This document shows positions 8,172 through 19,562 of a stretch of 64,000 nucleotides of DNA, in pieces. A model generated the notes under the pieces. The model was not told the DNA's origin and ran no database searches. It saw only the letters and a program-made list of their open reading frames with translations. The translations under genes and the position numbers were made by a program. This DNA comes from Patescibacteria group bacterium (GTDB lineage Bacteria > Patescibacteriota > Minisyncoccia > Phycocordibacterales > Phycocordibacteraceae), in contig JANLHF010000039.1 in the NCBI GenBank assembly GCA_024653825.1, positions 6,945 to 70,944 of the forward strand, read 5' to 3'. Each line of letters starts with the position of its first letter. Within the stretch, counting starts at the first letter, position 1.

Positions 8172-11100
8172 ATGCTCAAGAAACTCGTCCAGAAGACCTT
8201 CGGTGCATATCGGGCCCCTTTCGTTCCGTTTCCCGACCTCGTCGGCCATCAGCGATCCTCGTTCGATTGGCTTCTTAAGGACGGATTTACTGAGCTCTTC
8301 AAGGAGTTCTCGCCGATCAGCGACTATTCGGGGAAGAAGTTCCAGCTCGAGTTTGAGAGTTTTGAAATTGGCGAACCGAAGTATGACGAGCAGTTCGCGC
8401 GCGAGAACGCGCGCACCTACGAAGCACCGGTGAAGGTAACGGTGAAGTTGGTGAATAAGACATTCGGTTCGGAGAAGAAGCAGGAAATCTTCCTCACCGA
8501 TATGCCGGTGATGACGCCGCATGGTTCCTTCATCGTTTCCGGTGTGGAGCGCGCCATCGTTCCTCAGCTCGCGCGTTCCTTCGGCGCATTCTTCGTTTCT
8601 GAACTCCTGCGCGGTAAGCCGTACTTTGGCGCGAAGATTATCCCGCTCCGCGGGGTCTGGATCGAGATCGACTCTGAAGCCGATGGCGCTATTTTCGTGA
8701 AGATAGATAGGAAGCGTAAGTTTCCGATTACTCAGCTCCTTACCGTCTTTGGCGGCGGTCTCGGTGAGGCAACAGCGAAACATTTCGCGAAGGATCCGCT
8801 CGCGCTCGCAGCTATCAAGGCGACCCTAGAGCACGACGAGGCGAAGTCTGTCGAAGAGGCCTATATCGAGATACACCGTCGCATGCGCGACGGCGATCTC
8901 GCGACACCAGAGAACGCTAAGAACTTCGTGCAGTCGCTCTTCTCCGTGGACCGTTACGACGTCGGCCGCGTCGGCCGCCACCGCTTGAATTCTCGCTTCG
9001 GCCTCTCGACCACTGAGAAGGCGCTCGAGAAGCGCACGCTCGTACTCGCGGACTTTGTCCGCATCATTTCTGAAATTACCAAGTTGAACGCCGACCCGTC
9101 GGCGCGCCCGGATGACATCGACCATCTCGGGTTCCGCCGCGTTCGTTTCGTCGGCGAGCTCCTCCAAGCGCGTATGCGCGTCGGCATGAGCCGCATGAAG
9201 CGCAACATCCAAGACCGTATGAGTACGATCGAAAGTGAGACGACGCTCCCGGCGGCGCTCGTGAACCCGCGTCCGTTCCACGCGTCTGTGCACGAATTCT
9301 TTACTGCGAACCAACTCTCGCAGTTCATGGATCAGCAGAACATTCTCGCAGAGCTTGAACACATGCGCCTCTTCTCGGCGCTCGGTCCCGGCGGCCTCAC
9401 TCGCGAACGCGCGGGCTTCGAGGTGCGCGACGTGCACCCTTCGCACTACGGCCGTCTCTGTCCTATCCATACGCCTGAAGGCCAGAACATCGGTCTCATT
9501 CTCCACATGGCGACGCACGCACGAACGAACGATTTTGGTGTTATCGAAACGCCGTATGTGAAGGTAAAGAAGGGCTCGGTGACCGAGGAGATTGTCTACC
9601 TCAATGCGCTCGATGAAGAGCTTGAATACATCGCGCACGGCGCGACCAAGCTTGACGATAAGGGACGTATCGCGCTTGAGTCGGTCGAAGCGCGCCATAA
9701 GGGCGATCCGATTATTGTTACGCGTGAGGCGATTACGCTCATGGACGCCTCTACCTATCAGATGCTCTCTATTGCGACGTCAATGATTCCATTCGTCGAC
9801 CACGATGACGCGAACCGCGCATTGATGGGTTCCAACATGCAGAAGCAGGCGACGCCAGTCCTCATTCCTGAAGCACCGCTCGTTTCCACCGGCATCGAAG
9901 CGCATGCCGCGAAGTCCACGGGACGCCTCGTGCTCGCGATCGAATCCGGCGAAGTCACTTCAGTCGACGCACGTCGCATTGTCGTTCAAAACAAAGAAGG
10001 GAAGAAGAAGGAGTATCACCTCCAGGGCCTTACCCAGACCAACCAGAACTCTGCGTTTATGCAGCGTCCATCGGTGCGTCTCGGCGATGCTGTGAAGAAG
10101 GGCGATGTCCTCGCAGATAACTCTTCGACCGATCAGGGCCAGCTTGCGCTCGGTCAGAACGTACGCGTCGCCTTCATGAGCTGGAACGGCGCCAACTACG
10201 AAGACGCCATCATCATTTCAGAACGTCTTGTTGAAGAGGCAAAGTTTACTACGGTCCATATCGAGGATTTCGATTGTGTCGTACGCGACACCAAGCTCGG
10301 TCCCGAGACCACGACCCACGACATCCCAAATGTCGGCGAACTTCGTTTGAAGAACCTTGATGAAGAGGGTGTCATCCGTATCGGTGCTGAAGTGCGTCCC
10401 GGCGACATTCTTGTCGGTAAGGTCACGCCGAAGGGCGAGACTCAGCTCACGCCAGAAGAGCGTCTCCTGCGTTCCATCTTCGGCGACAAGGCGAAGGACG
10501 TGAAGGACACATCGCTCCGCATGGAGGGAGGCAAGCGCGGCCGCGTTATTGGTGTGCGCGTCTTCTCTCGCGAGAAGGGCGACCAGCTCGAGACCGGCAT
10601 CATCAAGAAGATTGTCGTGACGGTCGCGCAGGTGCGTAACGTCTCTGTCGGCGACAAGCTCGCCGGACGCCACGGCAACAAGGGTGTTATCTCCCGTGTG
10701 CTTCCGGTTGAAGATATGCCGTACGACGATGATGGTAACCCAGTGGACGTCATCCTCACCCCCCTCGGCGTGCCAAGCCGTATGAACCTCGGACAGATTC
10801 TCGAGATGCACCTCGGGCTCGCCGCGCATACGCTCAACTACCAGGCCGTTGTTCCGCCCTTTGCCGGCGCGACTGCAGACGAGATTCGTGATGAGCTTGT
10901 TGCCGCAGGTTTCGACAAGTCAGGCAAGATGCAGCTCTACGATGGACGTTCGGGCGAAGCGTTCGGGCAGACCATCGCCGTCGGATATATGTATATTCTT
11001 AAACTGCATCACATGGTGGAGGACAAGATCCATATGCGCTCCATCGGTCCATACTCGCTCATCACCCAGCAACCGCTCGGTGGCAAGGCACAGAACGGAG

Positions 11101-11348
11101 GACAGCGCTTCGGCGAAATGGAAGTCTGGGCCTTGCTCGGCTACGGTGCTGCTTACACGCTACGCGAGATGCTCACCATCAAGTCGGACGACATCCAGGG
11201 TCGCTCGGCAGCCTTCGATGCAATCGTGAAGAGTGAGCCGATTAGTCACACAGGCACGCCCGCATCCTTTGCAGTCCTTACCAACCAGATTCGCGGCCTC
11301 GCTCTCGATGTCGATCCGTTGAATCTGCCGCCAGAACCGGAGGCGTAA
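8172..11348 (+). CDS. rpoB: RNA polymerase beta subunit
   Basis: GRLCPIHTPEG, GDKLAGRHGNKG, GGQRFGEME. Confidence 0.99.
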   Translation: MLKKLVQKTFGAYRAPFVPFPDLVGHQRSSFDWLLKDGFTELFKEFSPISDYSGKKFQLEFESFEIGEPKYDEQFARENARTYEAPVKVTVKLVNKTFGSEKKQEIFLTDMPVMTPHGSFIVSGVERAIVPQLARSFGAFFVSELLRGKPYFGAKIIPLRGVWIEIDSEADGAIFVKIDRKRKFPITQLLTVFGGGLGEATAKHFAKDPLALAAIKATLEHDEAKSVEEAYIEIHRRMRDGDLATPENAKNFVQSLFSVDRYDVGRVGRHRLNSRFGLSTTEKALEKRTLVLADFVRIISEITKLNADPSARPDDIDHLGFRRVRFVGELLQARMRVGMSRMKRNIQDRMSTIESETTLPAALVNPRPFHASVHEFFTANQLSQFMDQQNILAELEHMRLFSALGPGGLTRERAGFEVRDVHPSHYGRLCPIHTPEGQNIGLILHMATHARTNDFGVIETPYVKVKKGSVTEEIVYLNALDEELEYIAHGATKLDDKGRIALESVEARHKGDPIIVTREAITLMDASTYQMLSIATSMIPFVDHDDANRALMGSNMQKQATPVLIPEAPLVSTGIEAHAAKSTGRLVLAIESGEVTSVDARRIVVQNKEGKKKEYHLQGLTQTNQNSAFMQRPSVRLGDAVKKGDVLADNSSTDQGQLALGQNVRVAFMSWNGANYEDAIIISERLVEEAKFTTVHIEDFDCVVRDTKLGPETTTHDIPNVGELRLKNLDEEGVIRIGAEVRPGDILVGKVTPKGETQLTPEERLLRSIFGDKAKDVKDTSLRMEGGKRGRVIGVRVFSREKGDQLETGIIKKIVVTVAQVRNVSVGDKLAGRHGNKGVISRVLPVEDMPYDDDGNPVDVILTPLGVPSRMNLGQILEMHLGLAAHTLNYQAVVPPFAGATADEIRDELVAAGFDKSGKMQLYDGRSGEAFGQTIAVGYMYILKLHHMVEDKIHMRSIGPYSLITQQPLGGKAQNGGQRFGEMEVWALLGYGAAYTLREMLTIKSDDIQGRSAAFDAIVKSEPISHTGTPASFAVLTNQIRGLALDVDPLNLPPEPEA

Positions 11349-11370
11349 TTTATTAATCTCTGAAATTCTT

Positions 11371-14300
11371 ATGGCATTCACACCCCGCAAACTTCCACCG
11401 CGCGACACCTGGAATGGACTCCGGCTCACGCTCGCTTCACCAGAGAAGATTCTCTCTTGGTCTTCGGGCGAAGTAACCAAGCCTGAGACCATCAACTATC
11501 GCACCCAGCGCTCCGAGAAGCACGGCCTCTTCGACGAGAAAATCTTCGGTCCGGAAAAGGACTATGAGTGTTACTGCGGTAAGTACAAGGGCATTCGCTA
11601 CAAGGGAATTGTCTGCGATAAATGTGGGGTTGAGATTACGCGCTCCATTGTTCGCCGCGAACGTATGGGCCACATCGAGCTCTGCACGCCGGTCGCGCAC
11701 ATCTGGTTCCTTCGCTCCGTGCCGTCGCGCATGGCGCTCCTTTTGGGCGCCTCGGCCGCGGATATTGAAAAGGTCGTCTACTTCGCCGGCTATATCGTCT
11801 CCAAGATTGCCGAAGAAGAGAAGAAGCGTTTGCTCACCGAACTCGAGAGTGAATATAAGTCCAAGTACAAGTCGCTTAGCTCCGATAAGGATCGCGATAC
11901 ACTCAAGGAAAAGATGACACTCACGAAGGCGGAGATTGAGGGTGTCGTCGTCGGCAAGGTGCTTGACGAGCTCGAATATCACCGCTTCTCGGTGAAGTAC
12001 GGCGGTCTCTTTGAGGCACGCATTGGCGCTGAGGCTATTTATGATATTTTCCGCGCGGTTAACCTGAAGGATCTCGAGAAGACGCTCGCGGCTCGTTATG
12101 AGCATGCCGGCGCCGCTGAACGCGAGAAGCTCGCGAAGCGTCTCTCGCTTATTGCCGGCCTTATCGCTGCTGGTGTTCGTCCTGAATGGCTCTTCCTCAC
12201 GCGCATCCCAGTCATCCCGCCGGCGCTTCGCCCGATGGTCGCGCTTGAAGGTGGTCGCCATGCGACCAGCGACGTGAACGACCTCTATCGCCGCGTCATC
12301 AACCGTAACAATCGTTTGAAGAAGCTCATCGACATTCACGCGCCGGAAGTTATTCTGCGTAACGAAAAGCGTATTCTCCAAGAGGCTGTTGATGCACTTC
12401 TCGACAACTCTATCCGTAAGAGCGGCGCCTCAGCTGGCGCACTCACGATGGCACAGCGTCGTCCGCTGAAGAGCTTGGCCGACTATCTGAAGGGTAAGCA
12501 GGGATACTTCCGTCAGAACCTACTCGGTAAGCGCGTCGATTACTCCGGTCGCTCGGTTATTGTCGTCGGTCCGGACTTGGAACTCGACGAATGCGGTCTG
12601 CCAAAGCACATGGCCTTGGAACTCTTCCGTCCGTTCGTTATCGCCGGACTTCTCGAGCGCGAACTCGCGTTCAACATTCGCGGCGCAGGCCGTCTCGTTG
12701 AAGACGGTGTTGCCGAAGTGTGGGAAATCCTTGAGGAGGTCATCAAGGGTAAGTATGTGTTGCTTAACCGCGCACCGACGCTCCACCGCCAGGGCATCCA
12801 AGCATTCCAGCCGCGACTCATCGAGGGCGATGCTATCCAGCTCCACCCGCTCGTTTGTAGCGCATTCAATGCCGACTTCGACGGCGACCAGATGGCCGTT
12901 CACGTCCCTCTCTCCGAAGAGGCGCAGTGGGAGGCGGCGAACATTATGAGTGCCAACAAGAATATCCTCAAGCCGGGATCCGGCGACGTCACCGTACTTA
13001 TCGGTAAGCCGATGGACATCATCCTTGGCGTCTACTGGCTCACGAAGGCAGTGGAGGGGGCGAAGGGTGAAGGCGACCACTTCGCATCACCGAACGCGGC
13101 TATTCTCGCGTCCGAGTATGAAGCGATTGATGCTCGCGCCAAGATCAAGGTCTTGCCGGTTGAAGGTAAGGAGAAGTATGCGGCATTTGACGGACATCCG
13201 TTTGAGACGACTGTCGGACGTCTTCTCTTTAACACGGTGCTTCCCGCCGACTACCCGTTTATCAACGAGACAATCACGAAGAAGGTGCTCGCGCGCATTG
13301 TGAACCACTGCATCGCGAAGTACGGTCTCGACGCCGTGCCGGGCATTGTGAACAAGGTGAAGCGTTTCGGTTTTGATTATGCGACGCGCTCCGGTATCAG
13401 TTGGGCGATTGACGATGCGTCGGTGCCGAAGGAGAAGGAGCATATCATTGATGCCGCCGCGGCCAAGATTGCCTCTCTAGAAAAGGATTATCAGAACGGC
13501 CTTCTCGCTGAGGAAGAGAAGCGTCGTATGGCCATTGAGATCTGGCAGGGCACAAAGCAGGCGGTGGAAGAACAGGTCGCCAAAGAACTCAACCCAATGG
13601 GTTCAGTTTCCGACATGGTGAAGTCGGGCGCTCGCGGTACGATGGGCAACCTGACACAGATGTCAGGTATGAAGGGCCTTATTCAGGACACCTCCGGTAG
13701 AACCATCGAGGTGCCGATCATTTCCTCGATGATTGAGGGACTCAATCCGATTGAATACTTCATGTCGACGCACGGCGCGCGTAAGGGTCTCACCGACACC
13801 GCGCTCGGTACGGCAAAGGCCGGATACCTCACACGCCGCCTCTTTGACGTGGCACAGGACTCTATCGTGACCGAAAAGGATTGCGGCACGAAACGCGGCG
13901 TGAAGATTAATCGCGTGTCGGCCTCCGGAATCCAGACGAATTACGCTGAAGCACTTCGCGGACGCGTACTCGCCGAAGACGTGCAGGATAAAGACGGCGC
14001 TGTTCTCTTTAAGAAAGGACAGTATCTTTCGATTGCCGACGCTGAAACGTTGGCGGCAGCTACTTCAGTCGCGACGGTCGTGTCGCGTTCACCGATGTCC
14101 TGTGAGACGCGCTACGGCGTCTGTCAGACCTGCTACGGGATGGACCTCACGACACAGGAAATGGTTGACCTCGGAGAAGCAGTGGGCACAGTCGCGGCGC
14201 AGGCCATCGGCGAACCGGGCACTCAGCTCACGATGCGTACCTTCCACGCCGGTGGCGTGGCCTCGGTCGGTGGTGACATCACCTCGGGTCTCCCGCGTGT

Positions 14301-15093
14301 TGAAGAAGTATTCGAAAAGCGTTCGCCAAAGAATCCAGCAGTTATTTCCAAGACTGACGGCATCGTTTCTGAAATTAAAGAAGAGGGAAGGGAGAAAGTC
14401 CTCGTGGTTGTCCCGTCAGCAGGACAGGGCAAGAAGGATGGCTCTGCGTACGAATATCTCGCGCCATATCCACGCGTTCCGCTTGTGAAGGAGGGCGACA
14501 CGGTCGTGAAGGGTCAGATCCTCACCGACGGTTCCGCCGATCTCGACGATCTCTTCGAGTATTCCGGCCGTGCGACGGTACAGGAATATATCATCACTGA
14601 GGCATCCAAGATCTATGAGCTCCAGGGCGCGCCCGTTTCGCGTAAGCACTTGGAGGTTGTGGTGAAGCAGATGTTCTCGCGCGTGAAGATTACCGACGCG
14701 GGCGACACCGATTACTCGGTCGGCGACGTTGTGGAGGATTGGGAAATCGTGAAGTCGATGAAGGAGATGGAGGATGCGGGGAAGATCGTGCCGAAGTCGC
14801 GCGATATCGTTCTCGGCATCAAGGAGAGCGCTCTCTCTCGCCGTTCCTTCCTCTCGGCTGCTTCCTTCGAACAGACGACGAAGATTCTCATCAACGCCGC
14901 ACTCCGCGGCTCGGTGGACCGCCTACGCGGACTCAAAGAGAACGTCATCCTCGGCCGTCTTATCCCGTCAGGCACCGGATTCAAGGGGAGTAAGAAGTAC
15001 GAGCACATCGCGAAGTTGCAGGCCGAGCGCCCGGCGCCGACCTATGAGTCGCGCACGACCTCGTTCGCCCCCCGCACTCCGCGGGCGTTCTAG
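11371..15093 (+). CDS. rpoC: RNA polymerase beta' subunit
   Basis: NADFDGD catalytic motif, Zn-finger, QLTMRTFH. Confidence 0.99.
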   Translation: MAFTPRKLPPRDTWNGLRLTLASPEKILSWSSGEVTKPETINYRTQRSEKHGLFDEKIFGPEKDYECYCGKYKGIRYKGIVCDKCGVEITRSIVRRERMGHIELCTPVAHIWFLRSVPSRMALLLGASAADIEKVVYFAGYIVSKIAEEEKKRLLTELESEYKSKYKSLSSDKDRDTLKEKMTLTKAEIEGVVVGKVLDELEYHRFSVKYGGLFEARIGAEAIYDIFRAVNLKDLEKTLAARYEHAGAAEREKLAKRLSLIAGLIAAGVRPEWLFLTRIPVIPPALRPMVALEGGRHATSDVNDLYRRVINRNNRLKKLIDIHAPEVILRNEKRILQEAVDALLDNSIRKSGASAGALTMAQRRPLKSLADYLKGKQGYFRQNLLGKRVDYSGRSVIVVGPDLELDECGLPKHMALELFRPFVIAGLLERELAFNIRGAGRLVEDGVAEVWEILEEVIKGKYVLLNRAPTLHRQGIQAFQPRLIEGDAIQLHPLVCSAFNADFDGDQMAVHVPLSEEAQWEAANIMSANKNILKPGSGDVTVLIGKPMDIILGVYWLTKAVEGAKGEGDHFASPNAAILASEYEAIDARAKIKVLPVEGKEKYAAFDGHPFETTVGRLLFNTVLPADYPFINETITKKVLARIVNHCIAKYGLDAVPGIVNKVKRFGFDYATRSGISWAIDDASVPKEKEHIIDAAAAKIASLEKDYQNGLLAEEEKRRMAIEIWQGTKQAVEEQVAKELNPMGSVSDMVKSGARGTMGNLTQMSGMKGLIQDTSGRTIEVPIISSMIEGLNPIEYFMSTHGARKGLTDTALGTAKAGYLTRRLFDVAQDSIVTEKDCGTKRGVKINRVSASGIQTNYAEALRGRVLAEDVQDKDGAVLFKKGQYLSIADAETLAAATSVATVVSRSPMSCETRYGVCQTCYGMDLTTQEMVDLGEAVGTVAAQAIGEPGTQLTMRTFHAGGVASVGGDITSGLPRVEEVFEKRSPKNPAVISKTDGIVSEIKEEGREKVLVVVPSAGQGKKDGSAYEYLAPYPRVPLVKEGDTVVKGQILTDGSADLDDLFEYSGRATVQEYIITEASKIYELQGAPVSRKHLEVVVKQMFSRVKITDAGDTDYSVGDVVEDWEIVKSMKEMEDAGKIVPKSRDIVLGIKESALSRRSFLSAASFEQTTKILINAALRGSVDRLRGLKENVILGRLIPSGTGFKGSKKYEHIAKLQAERPAPTYESRTTSFAPRTPRAF

Positions 15094-15115
15094 TTTTACA
15101 AAAAAAGAAAAACAC

Positions 15116-15141
15116 AACCGCCCTCACGGGCGGTTTCTGTT
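15116..15141 (+). terminator. Intrinsic terminator after rpoC
   Basis: AACCGCCC-TCAC-GGGCGGTT hairpin followed by a T-rich tract. Confidence 0.7.
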
Positions 15142-15197
15142 TCTGTAACGATATTGTTATCAGCATCCGGTCGGAAAAGATAACAATATTTGAATAT

Positions 15198-15341
15198 AAA
15201 AATATAACGGCGCGGAACTTTTCAGTCCGCGCCGCTTTGGCGGAGTCACTGGCTCATTTTTCCAATGCCGCCGCGTCCATTCCACGCAAAAGGGCAGTGC
15301 CGACCGCGGCTGGTGCGTGGGACGAACACGCGAATTGGTCC
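15198..15341 (-). ncRNA. Candidate structured small RNA, about 140 nt
   Basis: Minus-strand TTGACA-17-TATCAT promoter, two hairpins and a terminator-like third hairpin. Confidence 0.5.
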
Positions 15342-15408
15342 ATTTCGATGATAGCATGACTGGTTCATGTTGTCAAGCACGCGTAAAACGCGGTAGGATA
15401 GGGGAAAT

Positions 15409-17097
15409 ATGGCAAAGGATACGGTGGCAGAGATTAAGGAGAGACTGAGCATACAGGACATCATTGCGCCGTATGTGAAGCTGCGCCGAGCAGGGAGAAG
15501 TCTCGTCGGTCTCTGTCCATTTCATAAGGAGAAGACCGGTTCGTTCCACGTCAGCCTCGAGCGTGGGAGCTGGCACTGCTTCGGTTGTGGAGAGGGAGGC
15601 GACGGATTCTCTTTTATTGAAAAAGTTGAGGGAGTGGACTTCAAGGGTGCTTTGAAAATTCTCGCTGAGAAAGCGGGGGTCACGATTGAATATTCCGGCG
15701 GGGGGAACAAAGAAGACCAGTCAAAAAAAGAACGCCTACGTGCGCTGATGACGCGTGCGTGCGAGTGGTATGCAGGTAATTTAAAAGGTAGTCCGGCTGA
15801 AGCGTATGCCGCGTCACGCGGACTTTCTGTAGAGACGGTTATGGCGTGGCGCCTCGGCTATGCGCCCGACGAATGGAGGGTACTTCTAGAGGCTCTTACT
15901 GCCGAAGGGTTCACGATACAAGAACTGCTCGCCGCAGGATTGATTAAAGAGGCCGATGGCAAGCCGGGCACTTATTACGACCGCTTCCGTAATCGTCTTA
16001 TGTTTCCGATATGCGATGTCGCGGGCCATGTCGTCGCGTTTACCGGCCGAGCGCTTTCCGCGGATGATATGGCGAAATATCTTAATTCGCCTGAGACCGA
16101 GCTGTACCACAAGTCCGACATCCTCTTCGGTCTCAGTCGTGCGAAAGAGGCGATACGGGTGCGCAAGTTTACAATGCTGGTAGAAGGGCAGACGGATGTC
16201 ATCCTTGCGCATCAGGCGGGGTTTGAGAATGCGGTCGCACTTTCGGGCACGGCGCTCACCGAGAAGCACCTCAGCCTGATGAAGCGGTACAGCGAGAACC
16301 TAATGCTTGTGCTCGATGCCGACACGGCGGGATTGAAGGCGACGGCGCGCTCGGCGGCACTCGCGCTTTACAGCGGCTTACGCGTGAAGGCGGCTCGACT
16401 CCCGAAAGGAAAGGACCCTGCAGACCTCATCACCGAAGATGCCAAAGAATTTGCGAAGCGCATTACTGCGGCGAAGCCTATTGTTGAGTTTTTTCTCGCT
16501 GAAATCGCTCAGGAGGAGAGCGATCCACATCGGCTCCTGCGCGTGGCCGAAAGTGTTGTCCTCCCTCTTATCGCGGCTATGCCGAGCCCGATGGAGCGCG
16601 AACATTTTATACAATCCACCGCCCGTGCTCTCGGGCTTTCAGCCGAAGCCGTCAGGGAATCGGTCAAACGACTGCCGAAATATCCGGAGACAGCGGACAG
16701 CACTCCAAACGCACCGAAACCAACTCCGGCGTCCCTCCGTTTACCTTCAGAGATACGCAAAGAAATCATTATTGCCGTTGTCCACGCGTATCCCGCAACC
16801 CCCCTTGCCGAAAGAATGAAAACAGGGTATTGTCGAATTACTGAAGCTGAGCAGTTTCCCGAGGAGATTCCTTCAGAACCGGCTCTGTTCAAGGCGGAAC
16901 AGACGTTCGGCGAGGAGCCCAAAGAGGATGCTGCAGACGAGCTTCTCCGCGCCTTTGAAGAAGCGGTTATCCGCGAGGCGTATCAGGAGGCAGTGATGAA
17001 CTTACGGAAAGCCGAGGCAGCAGGGGATGCTGTCACGGTTACAAATGCACAAAATCGATGCGCGAAACTTTCTGCGCGTCTCGCAGTGTTTGGATAG
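15409..17097 (+). CDS. dnaG: DNA primase
   Basis: CPFH...CFGC Zn-finger, KYLNSPET, TOPRIM VEG..D and DAD. Confidence 0.98.
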   Translation: MAKDTVAEIKERLSIQDIIAPYVKLRRAGRSLVGLCPFHKEKTGSFHVSLERGSWHCFGCGEGGDGFSFIEKVEGVDFKGALKILAEKAGVTIEYSGGGNKEDQSKKERLRALMTRACEWYAGNLKGSPAEAYAASRGLSVETVMAWRLGYAPDEWRVLLEALTAEGFTIQELLAAGLIKEADGKPGTYYDRFRNRLMFPICDVAGHVVAFTGRALSADDMAKYLNSPETELYHKSDILFGLSRAKEAIRVRKFTMLVEGQTDVILAHQAGFENAVALSGTALTEKHLSLMKRYSENLMLVLDADTAGLKATARSAALALYSGLRVKAARLPKGKDPADLITEDAKEFAKRITAAKPIVEFFLAEIAQEESDPHRLLRVAESVVLPLIAAMPSPMEREHFIQSTARALGLSAEAVRESVKRLPKYPETADSTPNAPKPTPASLRLPSEIRKEIIIAVVHAYPATPLAERMKTGYCRITEAEQFPEEIPSEPALFKAEQTFGEEPKEDAADELLRAFEEAVIREAYQEAVMNLRKAEAAGDAVTVTNAQNRCAKLSARLAVFG

Positions 17098-17151
17098 GTA
17101 AGGAGCTCGTCGTTCCCATTTTTCAATTCATTTCTATTTAATCTTTTCTGC

Positions 17152-18390
17152 ATGGCGAAATCTATTACAAAGAAGAAAAAGACTTCCAAAAAAGTCGCCA
17201 AGAAGCGAGTGGTGAAGCGCGCACCCGCTAAGAAGAAAGGGAAGAAGGTTGCCTATAAGAAAGTGGCGCGTTCAAAGAAACGGGTCGTGCGCACCGCCAT
17301 CCGCGGCGCGAAGGCAAAGGCGAATTCGGCAAAAGCGCTTTCGGCGGAAACGCTTATCGAGAAAGGAAAGGAACGTGGCTATGTCACTTACAGCGAAATT
17401 CTTAAATCATTCCCGCATGTCGAAGACGACGTGAACTTCCTTGAGTCGCTGTACGAACGTTTCGCGATTGCGGGCGTTGACGTGCTTGAAGGCGGTATGC
17501 TCGAAGATGCGGCCGACGAATATCTCGCGACGCGCAATATTAAAGACCGCCACTCTACCGGCTACGACTCCATTCAGATTTATCTCCGCGAGATAGGGCA
17601 GTATCCGCTTCTGACCGCCGCCGAAGAGCGCGAGCTCGCGAAGCGTATCGAGAAGAGCGACGCCGAGGCTCGCAACATCCTCGCGCGTAGCAACCTGCGC
17701 CTCGTAGTCTCTATCGCGAAGAAGTATGTGGGGCGATCCCCTGACCTCACACTCCTTGATCTCATCCAGGAAGGAAATCTCGGCCTCTTCCGCGCCGTGG
17801 ATAAGTTTGATTGGAAGAAGGGGTACAAGTTTTCAACCTACGCGACCTGGTGGATCCGCCAGGCGATTACCCGCGCACTCGCTGACCAGTCGCGCACGAT
17901 CCGTATCCCTGTGCATATGGTGGAGACGATTGCGAAGTATAAGCAGGTCTCGCGCCGTCTCTCACAAGTCTTGGGTCGCGACCCTCAGGCAGAAGAAATA
18001 GCAGTGGAAATGGGCGTGGAGCCGGAGAAGATTTACCAAATAGAGAAGATTAATCAGGACACACTCTCACTCGAGAACCCAGTCGGAAGCGACGACGACG
18101 AGAAATCGACGCTCGGTGACTTCATCCCAGACGACAAAATTCCTTCGCCGGTGCAGGAATCTTCGGAGCGCATTCTCCAGGAGCAGGTGCGTGCCATCCT
18201 CAACGATCTCTCGCCGAAGGAGCGCAAGATTCTAGAAATGCGCCACGGACTTATGGACGGCATCTATCATACGCTTGAAGAAGTCGGCCGCGAATTCGGC
18301 GTCACCCGCGAACGCATCCGCCAGATTGAAGCAAAAGCACTCGAAAAGATTCGTACCCACGACAAAGCCCGCCACCTGAAGTCGTACTAA
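17152..18390 (+). CDS. rpoD: Primary sigma factor with Lys-rich N-terminal tail
   Basis: [36 protein letters not shown]; follows dnaG. Confidence 0.95.
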   Translation: MAKSITKKKKTSKKVAKKRVVKRAPAKKKGKKVAYKKVARSKKRVVRTAIRGAKAKANSAKALSAETLIEKGKERGYVTYSEILKSFPHVEDDVNFLESLYERFAIAGVDVLEGGMLEDAADEYLATRNIKDRHSTGYDSIQIYLREIGQYPLLTAAEERELAKRIEKSDAEARNILARSNLRLVVSIAKKYVGRSPDLTLLDLIQEGNLGLFRAVDKFDWKKGYKFSTYATWWIRQAITRALADQSRTIRIPVHMVETIAKYKQVSRRLSQVLGRDPQAEEIAVEMGVEPEKIYQIEKINQDTLSLENPVGSDDDEKSTLGDFIPDDKIPSPVQESSERILQEQVRAILNDLSPKERKILEMRHGLMDGIYHTLEEVGREFGVTRERIRQIEAKALEKIRTHDKARHLKSY

Positions 18391-18451
18391 ACTATAAAAA
18401 GAAACAAGTCGTCCGAAAGGGCGGCTTGTGTTGTACTGTCCATCGTACCAG

Positions 18452-18691
18452 CTAGGTCGTCGATGATTCAACCAATTCCCTGGCGAAATGTTCGTCCCCG
18501 AGGGCTTTCTCGAGTAGAACCGCGGCAATTTGGCCGACAGTAGCGTTTCCGATTCTCGAATCCGCATGGTCTCGTGTCGCCAGCAGCATACAAACTCCAT
18601 CGTCGGCGACTTTTGTAGCAGCGTTGGCCAGTTCAACTGGGGAATATTTCGATGGAGGCCGTGGCTTTCGTGTGGCTAGCTCACTCTTCAT
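18452..18691 (-). CDS. Small hypothetical protein
   Basis: 79-aa ORF with AAGGAG SD. Confidence 0.55.
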   Translation of the reverse strand: MKSELATRKPRPPSKYSPVELANAATKVADDGVCMLLATRDHADSRIGNATVGQIAAVLLEKALGDEHFARELVESSTT

Positions 18692-18794
18692 TGTATCTCC
18701 TTTTCATACATATGCCCGATGTATTCGGGTTGCAGGGAATCCTGCCAAGAACTTCAACCTGCCTCTCTTTATACACCATCTCCATAAATTATCA

Positions 18795-18832
18795 AGGTAT
18801 CCCCAAAGATTGTCCTATAGGACAGAGTTTGG
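18795..18832. repeat. Direct repeat copy 1 (palindromic core TGTCCTATAGGACA)
   Basis: 33/38 identical to 19451-19488. Confidence 0.9.
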
Positions 18833-18857
18833 GTAGGCGGTGAGGTAGCATGTATGC

Positions 18858-19445
18858 ATGGGAACACTAGAAAAAAGTGCTAAGAAGGAACGGCGATGGG
18901 GAGCGTTTCAACAGGCGATGCTCTACGCCGCACTCGGTGGCATCATGGTCGCTACAGGTGCGGTTCCGGACTTCCGCAAGATTTTGAAATACTATGCGGG
19001 AAGCAAAAAAGACTCTCGTTTCAACTACCGTGCGAAGACGGTACTTGGGCGCCTTGTCGCCAAAGGATTCATCAAGTTTGAAGAGCGTGACGGGAGACGC
19101 TATGCGCGCCTGACTGAAACTGGTAAACGAGTGCTGGACCTGGAGCTGTTGAAAGATGAAGGTGTGCGGAAACCAAAACGTTGGGATAATCGATGGAGAG
19201 TTGTTATTTTCGACATCCCGGAACGTAGACGGAAAGTACGTGTCAATCTGCGCTCTTTTATGGGGAAGTACGGATTTGTAAGATTGCAGGACAGCGTCTG
19301 GATATATCCATACGATTGTGAAGAGCTCATTGCCCTCGCGAAAGCACAGTTCCGTATCGGAGTGGATGTGCTCTATATGATCGTCGAGCGGCTCGAGAAT
19401 GACGCGCCTCTGCGAAAACAATTCGGCTTGCCAGCCGCAACCTGA
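18858..19445 (+). CDS. PaaX-like protein: winged HTH + Cas2/VapD-like domain
   Basis: RLVAKGFI...ARLTETG wHTH; WDNRWRVVIFDIPE...RLQDSVWIYPY. Confidence 0.85.
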   Translation: MGTLEKSAKKERRWGAFQQAMLYAALGGIMVATGAVPDFRKILKYYAGSKKDSRFNYRAKTVLGRLVAKGFIKFEERDGRRYARLTETGKRVLDLELLKDEGVRKPKRWDNRWRVVIFDIPERRRKVRVNLRSFMGKYGFVRLQDSVWIYPYDCEELIALAKAQFRIGVDVLYMIVERLENDAPLRKQFGLPAAT

Positions 19446-19450
19446 ATATC

Positions 19451-19488
19451 AGGTATGACCTAAGATTGTCCTATAGGACGAAGTTTGG
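19451..19488. repeat. Direct repeat copy 2
   Basis: AGGTATGACCTAAGATTGTCCTATAGGACGAAGTTTGG, starting 5 nt after the stop codon. Confidence 0.9.
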
Positions 19489-19562
19489 AGATATTGTATT
19501 GGAAAGAAGAAAACGCACGGGGGAACCCCGTGCGTTTTGGTAATGGTGGTGCGCGATGCCGA

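Noticed and set aside
8157-15008. Long antisense ORFs over rpoB/rpoC (also over rnr and the 933-aa gene)
   Set aside because: Expected shadow ORFs from GC-biased codon usage; no motifs
8172-17097. Inteins or introns in rpoB, rpoC, dnaG
   Set aside because: Lengths are normal or short and no splicing motifs were seen
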